This document shows, piece by piece, positions 39,385 through 49,051 of a stretch of DNA of 61,774 nucleotides (position 1 is the first letter of the stretch; each line of letters opens with the position of its first letter). Position numbers and translations under genes: made by a program. Below the pieces are notes generated by a model. The model was not told where the DNA came from. It made no database searches and was given only the letters and a program-made list of their open reading frames with translations. Source of the stretch: Acidimicrobiia bacterium (GTDB lineage: Bacteria; Actinomycetota; Acidimicrobiia; Acidimicrobiales; VFJN01); assembly GCA_046537875.1 (NCBI GenBank), contig JBKHJZ010000003.1:1-61774 (forward strand), given 5' to 3'.

Positions 39385-41961
39385 ATGCTGCGGCTGGCGT
39401 TCAGGGGAGCGTGGGCCGGCCGGGCGGTCGTGGCCTCGGCGTTCGTCGCCGTGCTGCTCGGGGTGGGCTTCATCAGCGCGGTGCTCGTGCTGGCCGACAC
39501 CTTCGGGGCGCAGGCGCGCCGGATGGCCGAGTCGGCCTACGCCGGGTCCGACCTGGTGGTGCAGGCGGGCGAGCCGGCGGAGCCGACGGGGGCACCGGAG
39601 GACCGGACGCTGGACCAATCCCTGGTCGGGGCGCTCGGGACGCTCCCCGGCGTGGTGGAGACGGCCGGGTTCACCGAGGTGTCCGCCGCCCTGCTGGGCG
39701 AGCGGGGCGAGCCGGTCGCGGCGTCGCGGCACCTGCCCCGGCCGCTGGCCGGCTCGTGGATCGGGTCCGACCTGCTGAACCCGTTCGAGATCGCCGAGGG
39801 TGCCCCGCCCGCCGCGCCCGACGAGGTCGTGGTGGACAGGCGGAGCGCGGAGCGCGCCGGCATCGGCCCCGGTGACCGGGTGCCCGTGCGGCTTCCGGAC
39901 GGGGCCGTCGAGATGACGGTCTCGGGGGTCGCCACGTTCGGGTCGGCCGGGTCGCCCGGCGGGATCGGGGTCGTCCTGTTCGCGCCGGGGCGGGCGCGGG
40001 AGCTGTCGGGAGCACCCGGCCGGGTCGACCAGATCCACGTGGCCCTCGAGGCCGGCGCCCCCGCGGGCGAGGTGCGGTCGCGCATCGAGCGCCTGGCCGA
40101 GGGCTCCGGGAGCGCGGTGGTCGTCCGTGGGCGCGAGGAGATGGTCGAGGACCGGTTGCTGGAGCTGGGCATCGAGCGCACCGAGGCCGACGTCGTGGCG
40201 ATCGCGGGTCGCGGGGATGTGGCGATGGCGGTGGTTGTGGGCGGCTTCGTGGTCTCGACCAGCCTGACGTTCCTCGTGGCGCGCCGGCGCCGGGAGATCG
40301 CCCTGCTGCGGGCGGTGGGGGCGAGCCGGGCGCAGGCGGCGTGGCTGGTCGTGCTGCAGGCGGCCGCCGTCGGCACGGTGGCCTCGGCCGGCGGGTGGGC
40401 CGTCGGGGTCGTGACCGCCTGGGCGACCGCGCGCCTGCTCGATGCCCGTGACGTGGTCCCGTTCGAGGGCGGTCTGGTGCTGCTCCCGGGCTCGGCGGCG
40501 CTGGCCGTCGCGCTGGGGGTGGCCCTGACGGTGGGCAGCTCGCTGGTGCCCGCGATCCGCGCCTTCCGGTTGCCGCCGGTCGCGGCGCTGGCGGACGCCC
40601 TGCCCCGCCCGCGGGTGCGGGTCGGGTGGCGCTGTGCGATCGCCACCGCATCGATGGTCGCCGCGGGTCTGCTGATCGCGCTGCGCCGCCCCGACCACGT
40701 CTTCGAGCGGGAGTGGCACGCGCTGGTGCTCGTGCTCGGCCTGGCGGGGCTGCTCGCGCTGCTGCCCGCCCTGGTCCGGGGCGTGGCGGCCGTCGCGGCG
40801 AGCCGCAGGCGCGACGGGTGGCGTCGCCCGGTGCGCCGGCTGGCCACCCTCGGTCTGGCGGGTGCCTCCGGGCGGGCGGCGAACAGCGTGGCCCCCGTGG
40901 TGGTCGGCGTGGCCGTCGTCGTGTTCGACCTGATCGGGTCGTCGTCGATCCGGGCAGATCTCCAGCGGGACACCGCTGAGGCCTACGCGTCGATCGACGC
41001 GGACTACGTCGTGCGGGTCGGGTCGCCGCTGCCCGATGGGGTGGTGGATCGCCTCGACGCGCTCCCGGAGACCGTCGCAGCGGCCGGCACCCGGGGCGGC
41101 TCCGTCCTGCTCGACGGCGACGAGGTCTCCATGGTGGGCACCCGCCCGGCGCCCGCCCAGGAGATCTTCGACATCGAGGTGTTCGAGGGCGATCTCGCCG
41201 GACTCAAACCCACCGACGTCGCCGTGCACCACCAACTGGCCGAGCGAATGGGCCTCGGCCTCGGCGACGCCGTGACCGTCGAGTTCTTCCACGGCGGCAC
41301 GACCACGCTCGAGGTCGCTGCCGTCTACGAGCAGGGCGGTCTCTGGTGGGCGTCGGGCCTGCTGGTCGTGCCGGAGGTCATCAGCGAGCACCTCCCGGGC
41401 TATCTCGGCCACACCGAGGCCTGGATCGCCCTTGCCGACGGTGTGAGCCCGGCCGCGGCCGAGGCCGCGTTCGAGACGGTCCTCCGGCGCCACCCCGACT
41501 CCGAGGCCGTCCCTGTCGCCGAGACGGTCCGGCACGTCGGAGCCTGGGCCTCTCGGCGCAGCGAGATGGAGATCGCCCTCCTAGCGCTCACCGTGCTGGT
41601 CGCGGTCACCGGTGCCGCCAACGGCACCCTGCTCGGCGCCCTCGACCGCCGCCGGGAGCACGCGCTGCTGCGCGCCGTCGGCGCCTCGCGCAGGCAGCTG
41701 GGTGCCAGCCTCTGCGGGGAGATGGTCCTCGCCGGCGCGATCGCCGTCGGCGCCGCCGCGGGGCTCGCCGCCGTCGCCGCGCACACGCTGCTCGCCGCGG
41801 ACCCGGAGATCGGTGTCCACCGGACCCCGGTCGCCGGCACGGCGGCTGCGGTGGTCGTGGCCCTGGTGATCGTGGTGCTGTCGTCGCTCTGGCCGGCCCG
41901 GTGGGCGGCCCGCCGCCCGGTCGTCGACGGGCTGACCGACGAGGGAGCCGCTCTCGGCTGA
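39385..41961 (+). CDS. ABC-transporter permease with duplicated FtsX-like domains (MacB/YbbP-like)
   Basis: MLRLAFRGAWAGRAVVASAFVAVLLGVGFISAVLVL... is followed by a large extracytoplasmic loop and then ...FLVARRRREIALLRAVGASRAQAAWLV.... A second copy reads ...RREHALLRAVGASRRQLGASLCGEM.... ATG 39385 is preferred over GTG 39349. Confidence 0.8.
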   Translation: MLRLAFRGAWAGRAVVASAFVAVLLGVGFISAVLVLADTFGAQARRMAESAYAGSDLVVQAGEPAEPTGAPEDRTLDQSLVGALGTLPGVVETAGFTEVSAALLGERGEPVAASRHLPRPLAGSWIGSDLLNPFEIAEGAPPAAPDEVVVDRRSAERAGIGPGDRVPVRLPDGAVEMTVSGVATFGSAGSPGGIGVVLFAPGRARELSGAPGRVDQIHVALEAGAPAGEVRSRIERLAEGSGSAVVVRGREEMVEDRLLELGIERTEADVVAIAGRGDVAMAVVVGGFVVSTSLTFLVARRRREIALLRAVGASRAQAAWLVVLQAAAVGTVASAGGWAVGVVTAWATARLLDARDVVPFEGGLVLLPGSAALAVALGVALTVGSSLVPAIRAFRLPPVAALADALPRPRVRVGWRCAIATASMVAAGLLIALRRPDHVFEREWHALVLVLGLAGLLALLPALVRGVAAVAASRRRDGWRRPVRRLATLGLAGASGRAANSVAPVVVGVAVVVFDLIGSSSIRADLQRDTAEAYASIDADYVVRVGSPLPDGVVDRLDALPETVAAAGTRGGSVLLDGDEVSMVGTRPAPAQEIFDIEVFEGDLAGLKPTDVAVHHQLAERMGLGLGDAVTVEFFHGGTTTLEVAAVYEQGGLWWASGLLVVPEVISEHLPGYLGHTEAWIALADGVSPAAAEAAFETVLRRHPDSEAVPVAETVRHVGAWASRRSEMEIALLALTVLVAVTGAANGTLLGALDRRREHALLRAVGASRRQLGASLCGEMVLAGAIAVGAAAGLAAVAAHTLLAADPEIGVHRTPVAGTAAAVVVALVIVVLSSLWPARWAARRPVVDGLTDEGAALG

Positions 41962-42006
41962 TCGGAAGCCGGCCCGGCCCGTGCCGGCCCGGCCAACGAC
42001 TGGCCG

Positions 42007-43764
42007 CTACCCGCCGTCGAGCACCTCGCGCTCGTAGTCCACGACGGCCTCGATCTCCTCGGGCTCCAGCTGGTCCTCCCAGGGGGGCATCTCGCCGCGG
42101 CCCTCGCGGACGATCGCCACGTGCTCGTCGCGGTCGAGGCGGTCGGTCACGCCCTCCAGCGAGGGCCCGCTCGCGCCCTCGCCCGAGCCACCGTGGCAGA
42201 CCGCGCACGTCTGCGCGTAGACCTTCTCGCCGTCGGCCGGCTCGTCGCCGTCGCCCGCCGCGGTCTCGTCGGATCCACCGTCCGCGCCGGCGGCGCCTTC
42301 GCCGTCGAGGCGGAAGGCCACCAGTCCGCCTTTCGGATCCTCGGGGGCGCCGGCCAGCCACCAGCCGTAACCGGCGTAGACGGTGCCGTCGACCACCGCC
42401 ACGCCACCGGCGGCCGGGGCCTCGACCTCGTGCGACCAGAGCCGCTCGCCGTCCTCGGCTGCGTGCGCCCCGATCCGCCCGTCGTCGTCCGCGAAGTAGA
42501 TCACCCCGTTCGCCCACGTGAGCGGCCCGGTGACGTGCGCCTCCACGTCGACGCGCCACAGCTCGTCGCCGGTGTCTGCGTCGAGGGCGACGAGATCGGC
42601 GTCCCGGTTGGCCCGGTTCGAGGCCACGAAGATGCGGCCGCCCTCGACCGCCGCCGACGCCATCACGCCGCCCTGGAGCCCGCCCTCGGTCAGCCGGTGC
42701 TCCCACAGCACCTCGCCGGTCTCACGGTCGAGCGCCCGGTAGACGCCGTCCTTGTCGCCCACCCCGACGGCGTCGACGCCGTCGACCCGGAAGAGGTTGG
42801 GCGACGCGCCCACATCGGCGTCGAGGCCGGTCGGCTGGGCCAGGGTCCAGGCGTCGCCCTCGGTGAACTGGCGGTGCCACACCTCCTCCCCGGTGCGCAG
42901 GTCGAGCGCCACCACGGCGTCGCTGCGGGGCGGCGCCGGCGGGGCGTAGGCCTGACCGGTGCCGATGTAGAGGTGGCCGCGCTCGAGGTCGATCGCCGGG
43001 GACGACCACACCGACACCCCGGGGCCCTCGGTCTCGTCGCCCCTGGTGACGAAGAAGTTCCACTCCTCCTCGCCGGTCTCGGCGTCGAGGGCCATGATGT
43101 GGCCCCGGAACGAGGGGTCCTCGCCGCCGGCGAACACCTCGAAGCTCCCGACGCCCACCACCACCAGGCCCTCCACCGCCACCGGCGAGCCGAAGACCAC
43201 GGACTGGGGATGCTCGTCGAGATCGGCCTCCCAGTCCTGCTCGCCGGTCCCGCGGTCGAGCGCCACGATCCGGCCGTCGAAGGTGCCGACGAAGACCCGG
43301 TCGTCGGTCACCGCCACCGACCCGCCCACGTAGTAGGCGTCGAGGTCGTGCGACCAGATCTCCTCGCCGTTCGCCGCGTCGAGGGCGCGGACGTGGCTGG
43401 TCCAGTCGCCCACGTAGACGGTCCCGTCGGCGACGATCGGCGTGCCGCTGACGCCGTCCACGTCGCCGGTGCTCCACACCGGGCGGAGCCGGTCGACGTT
43501 GTCGGGGCCGAGCGTCGTCTCGTCGGGAGCCGTCCGCGTGTTGGCCAGGTCGTTGCCGTGGTGTGCCCAGGCCGCAGGCGTGCCGCCGGCGGGCGCATCC
43601 GCCTGCCCGGCAGCCTCGCCCTCGTCGGAGCCGCTGCAGGCGGCGGCGACCAGCAGGCCGGCGCCCAGGGCGATCACGAGCCGGTTCGGCCGCCGGCCAC
43701 CTCTCGAACCCGGATGGGTCGCGGACATCTCGCGCATCGTCCCCCCACACGTCTCCGACCCCAC
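42007..43764 (-). CDS. Lipoprotein: PQQ-like/BamB-like beta-propeller fused to a C-terminal c-type cytochrome domain
   Basis: Lipobox LLVAAACSG. Propeller repeats: TPIVADGTVYVGDWTSHVRALDAANGEEIW, VFVGTFDGRIVALDRGTGEQDW, ALDAETGEEEW, VALDLRTGEEVW, ALDRETGEVLW, ALDADTGDELW, GAHAAEDGERLW. C-terminal heme motif YAQTCAVCHGGSGEG...GEMPPW. Confidence 0.8.
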   Translation of the reverse strand: MGSETCGGTMREMSATHPGSRGGRRPNRLVIALGAGLLVAAACSGSDEGEAAGQADAPAGGTPAAWAHHGNDLANTRTAPDETTLGPDNVDRLRPVWSTGDVDGVSGTPIVADGTVYVGDWTSHVRALDAANGEEIWSHDLDAYYVGGSVAVTDDRVFVGTFDGRIVALDRGTGEQDWEADLDEHPQSVVFGSPVAVEGLVVVGVGSFEVFAGGEDPSFRGHIMALDAETGEEEWNFFVTRGDETEGPGVSVWSSPAIDLERGHLYIGTGQAYAPPAPPRSDAVVALDLRTGEEVWHRQFTEGDAWTLAQPTGLDADVGASPNLFRVDGVDAVGVGDKDGVYRALDRETGEVLWEHRLTEGGLQGGVMASAAVEGGRIFVASNRANRDADLVALDADTGDELWRVDVEAHVTGPLTWANGVIYFADDDGRIGAHAAEDGERLWSHEVEAPAAGGVAVVDGTVYAGYGWWLAGAPEDPKGGLVAFRLDGEGAAGADGGSDETAAGDGDEPADGEKVYAQTCAVCHGGSGEGASGPSLEGVTDRLDRDEHVAIVREGRGEMPPWEDQLEPEEIEAVVDYEREVLDGG

Positions 43765-43881
43765 CTGAGCCGGTGACCGCGAAAGTTACCAGCGGTTGGC
43801 AGGGGCATCGGTGCGGAGCCCGGCATCGGCGGACGGCGAGTCCGCGGTCCCCGATCGTCCAGATCCCGACTTACGCTGCGG

Positions 43882-46518
43882 GTGCCGATGCGTGACGGTG
43901 GGAAGGTTCGGGAGGGGGCGAGGCCCTCGGGCCCGCGCGGCGGCTCGCCGCCGCGCAGCGCCGGTGATCTTCGCATCCCGACCCCCCACGCGTCGTCGGT
44001 CGACGACGTTCTCGGGACGCTGGCGGTGGATCCGGACCGGGGGCTGTCCGCGCGAGAGGCCGAGCGACGTCGGCGTCTCGTCGGTCGGAACAGCCTTCGG
44101 GATCGCCGCCCGATGCCGTGGCCTCGTGTCCTGGTGGATCAGCTGCGCAGCGCCGTCGTGCTGCTCCTGCTCGCCGCAGTGGTCGGGGGGTTGGCGATCG
44201 GCGAGGTGGTCGAGGCGGCGGCGGTCGGGGTGGTGCTGGTCGTGAACACCACCGTGGGGTTCGTGACCGAGCTGCGGGCGACCCGTGCGATGGAGTCGCT
44301 CAGCACCCTGGCCACGAGGGTGACCGAGGTCGAGCGCGACGACCGGCGTGACGAGGTCGACGCATCGGAGCTCGTGCCGGGCGACGTGGTCGGGCTGGAG
44401 GCGGGTGACCGGGTGCCCGCGGACCTGCGGTTGATCGAAAGCTCCGACCTGGCGGTGGACGAGTCGACGTTGACCGGCGAGAGCGCCGCGGTCGACAAGG
44501 ACATCGATGCCGTCGCAGCGGACACGCCGTTGGCGGAGCGCCGCAACATGCTCTACATGGGCACCACGGTGGTCGCCGGTCGGGCGCGCGGGGTGGTTGT
44601 GGCCACGGGCCGGGCCACCGAGGTCGGTCGGGTCGCCGAGCTGGTCGAGACCGCCGAGGCCCAGCAGGCGCCGCTGCAGGCGGGACTCGAGCAGCTCGCG
44701 CGCACGCTCTCGCTGGTGGTGATCGGGCTCGGCGTCGCGCTCGCGTTGCTGGGACTGGTGCGGGGACTCGAGCTGCGCGAGATCCTCGAGGTCTCGATCG
44801 CGTTGGCGGTCGCGGTCGTTCCTGAGGGTCTGCCGGCGGTGGCGACGTTGACCCTGACCGTGGGGATGCGCCGGATGGCCCGGCGGAACGCGCTGGTGCG
44901 GCAGCTGCCCGTGGTGGAGACGTTGGGGTCGACCACGGTGATCGCATCCGACAAGACCGGCACGCTGACCGCGAACCGCATGTCGGTGGTCGACGTGGCG
45001 GTGGCAGACGGGGTCGAGGAGGACGATCTGTGGCCCTCGGCGACGCTGTGCAACGACGCCGACATCGATCCCGACGGTGACCCGGTGGGGGATCCGACCG
45101 AGGTGGCCCTCCTCGACGCCGCAGCCGAGCACGGGCTCGACTGGCGGTCCCTGCGCGAGCGCGAGCCCCGGGACGCGGAGGTGCCGTTCGACCCGGCGGC
45201 GAAGCGCATGGCGACGGTCCATGGCGAGGTCGTGCACGTCAAGGGCGCCCCGGAGGTGCTCGTCGATCGCGAACGGCATCCGAAGCTGGGCGCAGCGGTG
45301 GACGACATGGCACATCGGGCGCTGCGGACCCTGGCCATCGCCCGCAACCGGGTGCCCGATGGCTGGGCCACCGGTGACCGCGACGACGCTCTCTTCGAAG
45401 ATGTCGAGCTCCTGGGGATCGTCGGGATCGAGGATCCGCCCCGGCGCGAGGCCATCGAGGCGGTGCACGTCCTCCACGGCGCCGGGATCCGGGTGGTGAT
45501 GGTGACCGGTGACCTTCCGCGCACCGCCGTGGCGGTCGCTCGGGAGCTGGGCATCGAGGCCGACGATGTCGTGACCGGCGCCGATCTCGCCCGGGGAGAC
45601 GCCGAGGACCTCGCCGCACATGCGTCCACCGTCGACGTGTTCGCGCGCGTGGCCCCCGAGGACAAGCTCCAGATCGTCCGGGCCCTGCAGGCGGCCGACG
45701 AGGTCGTGGCGGTCACCGGCGACGGCGTCAACGATGCGCCGGCGCTGCGCCAGGCCGATGTCGGCGTGGCGATGGGCCGGGTGGGCACCGACGTGGCCCG
45801 CGAGGCCGCCGACATCGTCCTGCTCGACGACGACATCGGCACCCTGCAGCACGCGGTCGAAGAGGGGCGGCGGATCTTCGCCAACGTCCGCCGGTTCGCG
45901 CAGTTCCTGTTCTCGTGGCACCTCTCTGTCGTCCTGGTCGTGGCGGCCGGCATCGCGCTGGGGGTGGACCCGCCGCTGGCCGGGCTGATGATCCTGTGGA
46001 ACAACCTGGTGATCGACGTGATCCCGTCGTTCGCCCTGGCGCTGGAGCCGAGCGGCGAGGACGCCATGCGCGAGCGGCCGAGGCCCAAGGGAGAGCCCGT
46101 CCTCGGCGCCGGGACGGGCCGTCGCATCCTGTCCCAGGGCATGCTCGTGGGCTCGGTCGGTCTCGTGGCGTTCGGCCTTGGGCGCACGGTGCTCGACCTC
46201 CCCGTCGCCGGGCAGCAGACGCTGACGTTCGTCACGTTGACCGGTGCCCAGCTCCTCGGCGTCTTCAGCGCGCGCACCGACAGGGCCAACGGCTTCGCGG
46301 GCGCCGGTCGCAACCCCTTCCTCTGGGGTGCTCTCCTCCTGACCCTCGCACTCGAAGGGCTCGCGCTCGGCGTGCCGGCACTGCGCGACCTGCTCGGTCT
46401 GGCCACCGTGGACGGCGACGCCTGGCTCGTGGCCGCAGCGCTCGTGCCCGTGCCGCTGGTGCTCACCGTCGCCAGCCGGCTCGCCCGCCGCCCGGCCGCG
46501 ACGGTGTCGCCGTCCTGA
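43882..46518 (+). CDS. Cation-translocating P-type ATPase (type II, Ca2+/Mg2+-like)
   Basis: N-terminal cation-ATPase domain (VDDVLGTLAVDPDRGLSAREAERRRRLVGRNSL), TGESAAV, VPEGLPAV, phosphorylation site ASDKTGTLTANRM, MVTGD, and VTGDGVNDAPALRQADVGVAMG. Confidence 0.9.
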   Translation: MPMRDGGKVREGARPSGPRGGSPPRSAGDLRIPTPHASSVDDVLGTLAVDPDRGLSAREAERRRRLVGRNSLRDRRPMPWPRVLVDQLRSAVVLLLLAAVVGGLAIGEVVEAAAVGVVLVVNTTVGFVTELRATRAMESLSTLATRVTEVERDDRRDEVDASELVPGDVVGLEAGDRVPADLRLIESSDLAVDESTLTGESAAVDKDIDAVAADTPLAERRNMLYMGTTVVAGRARGVVVATGRATEVGRVAELVETAEAQQAPLQAGLEQLARTLSLVVIGLGVALALLGLVRGLELREILEVSIALAVAVVPEGLPAVATLTLTVGMRRMARRNALVRQLPVVETLGSTTVIASDKTGTLTANRMSVVDVAVADGVEEDDLWPSATLCNDADIDPDGDPVGDPTEVALLDAAAEHGLDWRSLREREPRDAEVPFDPAAKRMATVHGEVVHVKGAPEVLVDRERHPKLGAAVDDMAHRALRTLAIARNRVPDGWATGDRDDALFEDVELLGIVGIEDPPRREAIEAVHVLHGAGIRVVMVTGDLPRTAVAVARELGIEADDVVTGADLARGDAEDLAAHASTVDVFARVAPEDKLQIVRALQAADEVVAVTGDGVNDAPALRQADVGVAMGRVGTDVAREAADIVLLDDDIGTLQHAVEEGRRIFANVRRFAQFLFSWHLSVVLVVAAGIALGVDPPLAGLMILWNNLVIDVIPSFALALEPSGEDAMRERPRPKGEPVLGAGTGRRILSQGMLVGSVGLVAFGLGRTVLDLPVAGQQTLTFVTLTGAQLLGVFSARTDRANGFAGAGRNPFLWGALLLTLALEGLALGVPALRDLLGLATVDGDAWLVAAALVPVPLVLTVASRLARRPAATVSPS

Positions 46519-46560
46519 TCGTCGCGAAACGGCCGGCTCGGCGCAGCGTGCCTTCAGCGG

Positions 46561-46935
46561 TCACGCCGGCTGGTTCCCGGAGCTCGGTCGACCTCCGCGG
46601 TCGGCCTGCCACGGCCAGCGAGACGTGATCTCCACCTCGAGCGTGAACGACAGGAACGTCCGGATCGCGACGATCACCGCGAGCACCCCGACCGACTCGA
46701 AGGTCGGGTCGACGGCGACGGTGCGGATGATGTCGCCCGCGACCAGGAGCTCCAGGCCGAGCAGGATCGAGCGGCCGATCGATCGCCGGACATCGCCGTA
46801 TCCCTCCGACGGGGCCGGACCGACCGCGCCCCATGCGTACCGGGCCAGGGTTGCGAGGACGCCCAACACGATGACGGCGACGCCGAAGCCCTCGATGGCC
46901 TTGCCCACCACATCGACCACCTCGTCGAAGTCCAT
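46561..46935 (-). CDS. Small membrane protein (resembles DUF1622)
   Basis: 124 aa. ...VIVLGVLATLARY...RRSIGRSILLGLELLVAGDIIRTVAVDPTFESVGVLAVIVAIRTFLSFTLEVE matches my recollection of the DUF1622 pattern. Confidence 0.7.
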   Translation of the reverse strand: MDFDEVVDVVGKAIEGFGVAVIVLGVLATLARYAWGAVGPAPSEGYGDVRRSIGRSILLGLELLVAGDIIRTVAVDPTFESVGVLAVIVAIRTFLSFTLEVEITSRWPWQADRGGRPSSGNQPA

Positions 46936-47051
46936 GTCTGCCCCTACCCGGGGAACCGGGCCGGCAGGCGTGCGCTCGGGTCATCGCCGGGCCCTGCTGC
47001 GGGTACACGAGCAGCTGACAACCCCGAAAGACCGCGAGGAGGGCAGCCCGC

Positions 47052-47558
47052 TTGCCACGGCCGCGCCACAACGCCCGCCCCGACTTCGACCTCACCGGCG
47101 ATCCCGGCGACGTCGAGGCGAGCGCCGTCAGCCCACGCTCGCCGGCGCAGGACGAGGCGCCCTCCCCCCGGCCCCACGAGCACCTCCATCCCGGGCGGGA
47201 CCGGCGCTCGGCGCGGGAGGTGATCGAGCGCCACCTCTGGCAGGGTCGTCACGGGTCCGTCGACGACGACCTGGCCGAGAACTACGACCCGGACGTGGTC
47301 GTCCTCACGCGCTGGGGCATCCGCCGGGGCCCCGACGGCATGCGCGAGCTCGCCGCGAAGCTGCGCGACGAGCTCCCCGACGCGCAGTTCTCGTACGACG
47401 AGATCCTGGTCGAGAGCGATGTCGGGTTCCTGGAGTGGACGGGCACCGGATCCGACGGATCGAGGGTGTGCGACGGCGCCGACTCCTACGTCGTGCGCGA
47501 CGGGTTGATCGTCGCCCAGACCATCCACTACATCGTCCACCCACCGCCCGACGGGTAG
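47052..47558 (+). CDS. SnoaL-like / NTF2-fold protein (start uncertain)
   Basis: The C-terminal about 115 aa look like an NTF2-like fold: REVIERHLWQ...LAENYDPDVVVLTRWG...FSYDEILVESDVGFLEWTGTGSDGSRVCDGADSYVVRDGLIVAQTIHY. The N-terminal about 55 aa from TTG 47052 are low complexity, so the real start may be later. Confidence 0.5.
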   Translation: MPRPRHNARPDFDLTGDPGDVEASAVSPRSPAQDEAPSPRPHEHLHPGRDRRSAREVIERHLWQGRHGSVDDDLAENYDPDVVVLTRWGIRRGPDGMRELAAKLRDELPDAQFSYDEILVESDVGFLEWTGTGSDGSRVCDGADSYVVRDGLIVAQTIHYIVHPPPDG

Positions 47559-47632
47559 ACGCCGTCCCGAGCCGGACGTTCGGCCGGTGAGGGTCGCTCC
47601 CGCGAGCCTTCTCGTCCCATGGTGCCCCGGCG

Positions 47633-49051
47633 CTACTGCTCGGTCACGACGGGCTCGCCCTTTCGTCCGTCTGCGGCTGGCGCTGCCCGATCGGGTGTGA
47701 TGTGGGCGGCCCGGTCGCGCACCCAGTCGGCGTCGGGGGTCGGGCGCTGGGCCCGGACACGGTCCACGACGAGGTCGGCGTGCCGGCGGAGGCGTTCGGC
47801 CCGCGCGGGTTTGCCGGCGTCGATGGCAGCGTCGACGAGGTCGTCGATGACCGCCAGGATCGTCCGGGCGGTCAGCGGGTCGGTTCCCGCGTCGCGGAGG
47901 TCCTCGAACGCCTCGTCGACCATGCCGACGTGGTCGGGACCGGTCTGGCGGACGAGCCAGCGGCCGGCGTCGTCCCGTCGCGCCCGCTGGATGCCGTCGC
48001 GGGTCACCAGGGGTCGGAGCAGCGCCCCGAGGTGGACCACCGCCTCGCGTGCGGTCGTGCGGTCGTTGCCCCCGGACCCGAGGCCGCTGAGCGCGACGTC
48101 GACGAGGTTGCGGACCGCGAACGAGAGGTCGTGCTCGGTCGACCTGGTCTCCCCGAGCTCGAACGCCGCCTCGATGTCCGCGGCCGCCGGCGAGGAGCCG
48201 TCGGGTGCGGACACCGAGCACACGCGGGTGGCCGGGGTGACGAACTGGCCCACGCTGACGTGCAGCTCGCAGACGCTTCCCGGTGGCAGCGCACCCAGCA
48301 GGGTGTCCTCGTCGATCCGTTGGATCCAGCCCGTGGTCGACGACCGGAGGGGGACGGTCGCCTCGGCATCGGGTGGCGCGGGCCCCGGCGGGTTCGACTC
48401 CGGATAGGCGGCCTCGATCACCCGGAGGCCGCTGTCGAGGATGCTGCGGAGGAGCCGGTGCTCGTTGAGCGACCGCAGGCCGGTGTCGATGGACTGGACG
48501 ATGGCCAGGAGGGCGACGACCGTCAGCGTGGTGATCAGCGCCACCGAGATGAACGGCGTCGACGCGCCGCCCCCGCTCGCCGCCCGGGAGTCGGGGAGCG
48601 TGAGCAGCACGACCGCAGCGGCGACGAACACCCCGATCGTGAGCCCCATGAGCCGTTGCTGGTAACGGTCCTCCAGGTAGCCCTCGAGAACCCGGGTCGG
48701 GAACCGGCTGGAGCGGTGCCCGACGAGCAGCCCCCGGATCCAGAAGACGACGACCGTGGCCGTGACCATCGTGCCGGCCACCGCGGCGAGGAACGAGCGC
48801 ACCGAGGCGAGCGGCAGCGACTCGTCCCAGGGCAACGACACCGCCCGGTCGAGCCAGACGGACCCGGCTGTGAGAGTCGCGGTCGCGAGGATCAGCGCCA
48901 GCGCCTGGCCCACTGCGAGGCGCCACGACCGGGGCCGCTGACGGGCCGTCTCCAGCATGCGCCGACCCGGCCGTCGGGCCGACCTCTCCCCGCTCACGGC
49001 CCCTGCCGAAGCGGCCCGGCGGCGCCCGGGCAAGTCCGCCGCCGGGCTCAC
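47633..49051 (-). CDS. Membrane protein (resembles DUF2254)
   Basis: Four N-terminal TM helices are followed by a soluble domain: ...GWIQRIDEDTLLGALPPGSVCELHVSVGQFVTPATRVC...RSTEHDLSFAVRNLVDVALSGL.... The GTG start overlaps the stop of the upstream small gene (GTGA). Confidence 0.7.
   Translation of the reverse strand: MSPAADLPGRRRAASAGAVSGERSARRPGRRMLETARQRPRSWRLAVGQALALILATATLTAGSVWLDRAVSLPWDESLPLASVRSFLAAVAGTMVTATVVVFWIRGLLVGHRSSRFPTRVLEGYLEDRYQQRLMGLTIGVFVAAAVVLLTLPDSRAASGGGASTPFISVALITTLTVVALLAIVQSIDTGLRSLNEHRLLRSILDSGLRVIEAAYPESNPPGPAPPDAEATVPLRSSTTGWIQRIDEDTLLGALPPGSVCELHVSVGQFVTPATRVCSVSAPDGSSPAAADIEAAFELGETRSTEHDLSFAVRNLVDVALSGLGSGGNDRTTAREAVVHLGALLRPLVTRDGIQRARRDDAGRWLVRQTGPDHVGMVDEAFEDLRDAGTDPLTARTILAVIDDLVDAAIDAGKPARAERLRRHADLVVDRVRAQRPTPDADWVRDRAAHITPDRAAPAADGRKGEPVVTEQ

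Noticed and set aside
41968-41994. Direct repeat GCCGGCCCGGCC x2 between the convergent FtsX and propeller genes. I considered it as a bidirectional terminator.
   Set aside because: It can form GC-rich stems, but there is no U-tract on either strand and many similar GC palindromes occur by chance at this base composition. I left it unannotated.
47052-47219. N-terminal 56 codons of the SnoaL-like ORF, considered as a genuine extension or signal sequence
   Set aside because: They are Pro/Arg/Asp-rich with no hydrophobic core. The GTG at 47220 has its GGAG directly abutting, which is poor spacing. The start is therefore left uncertain rather than re-called.
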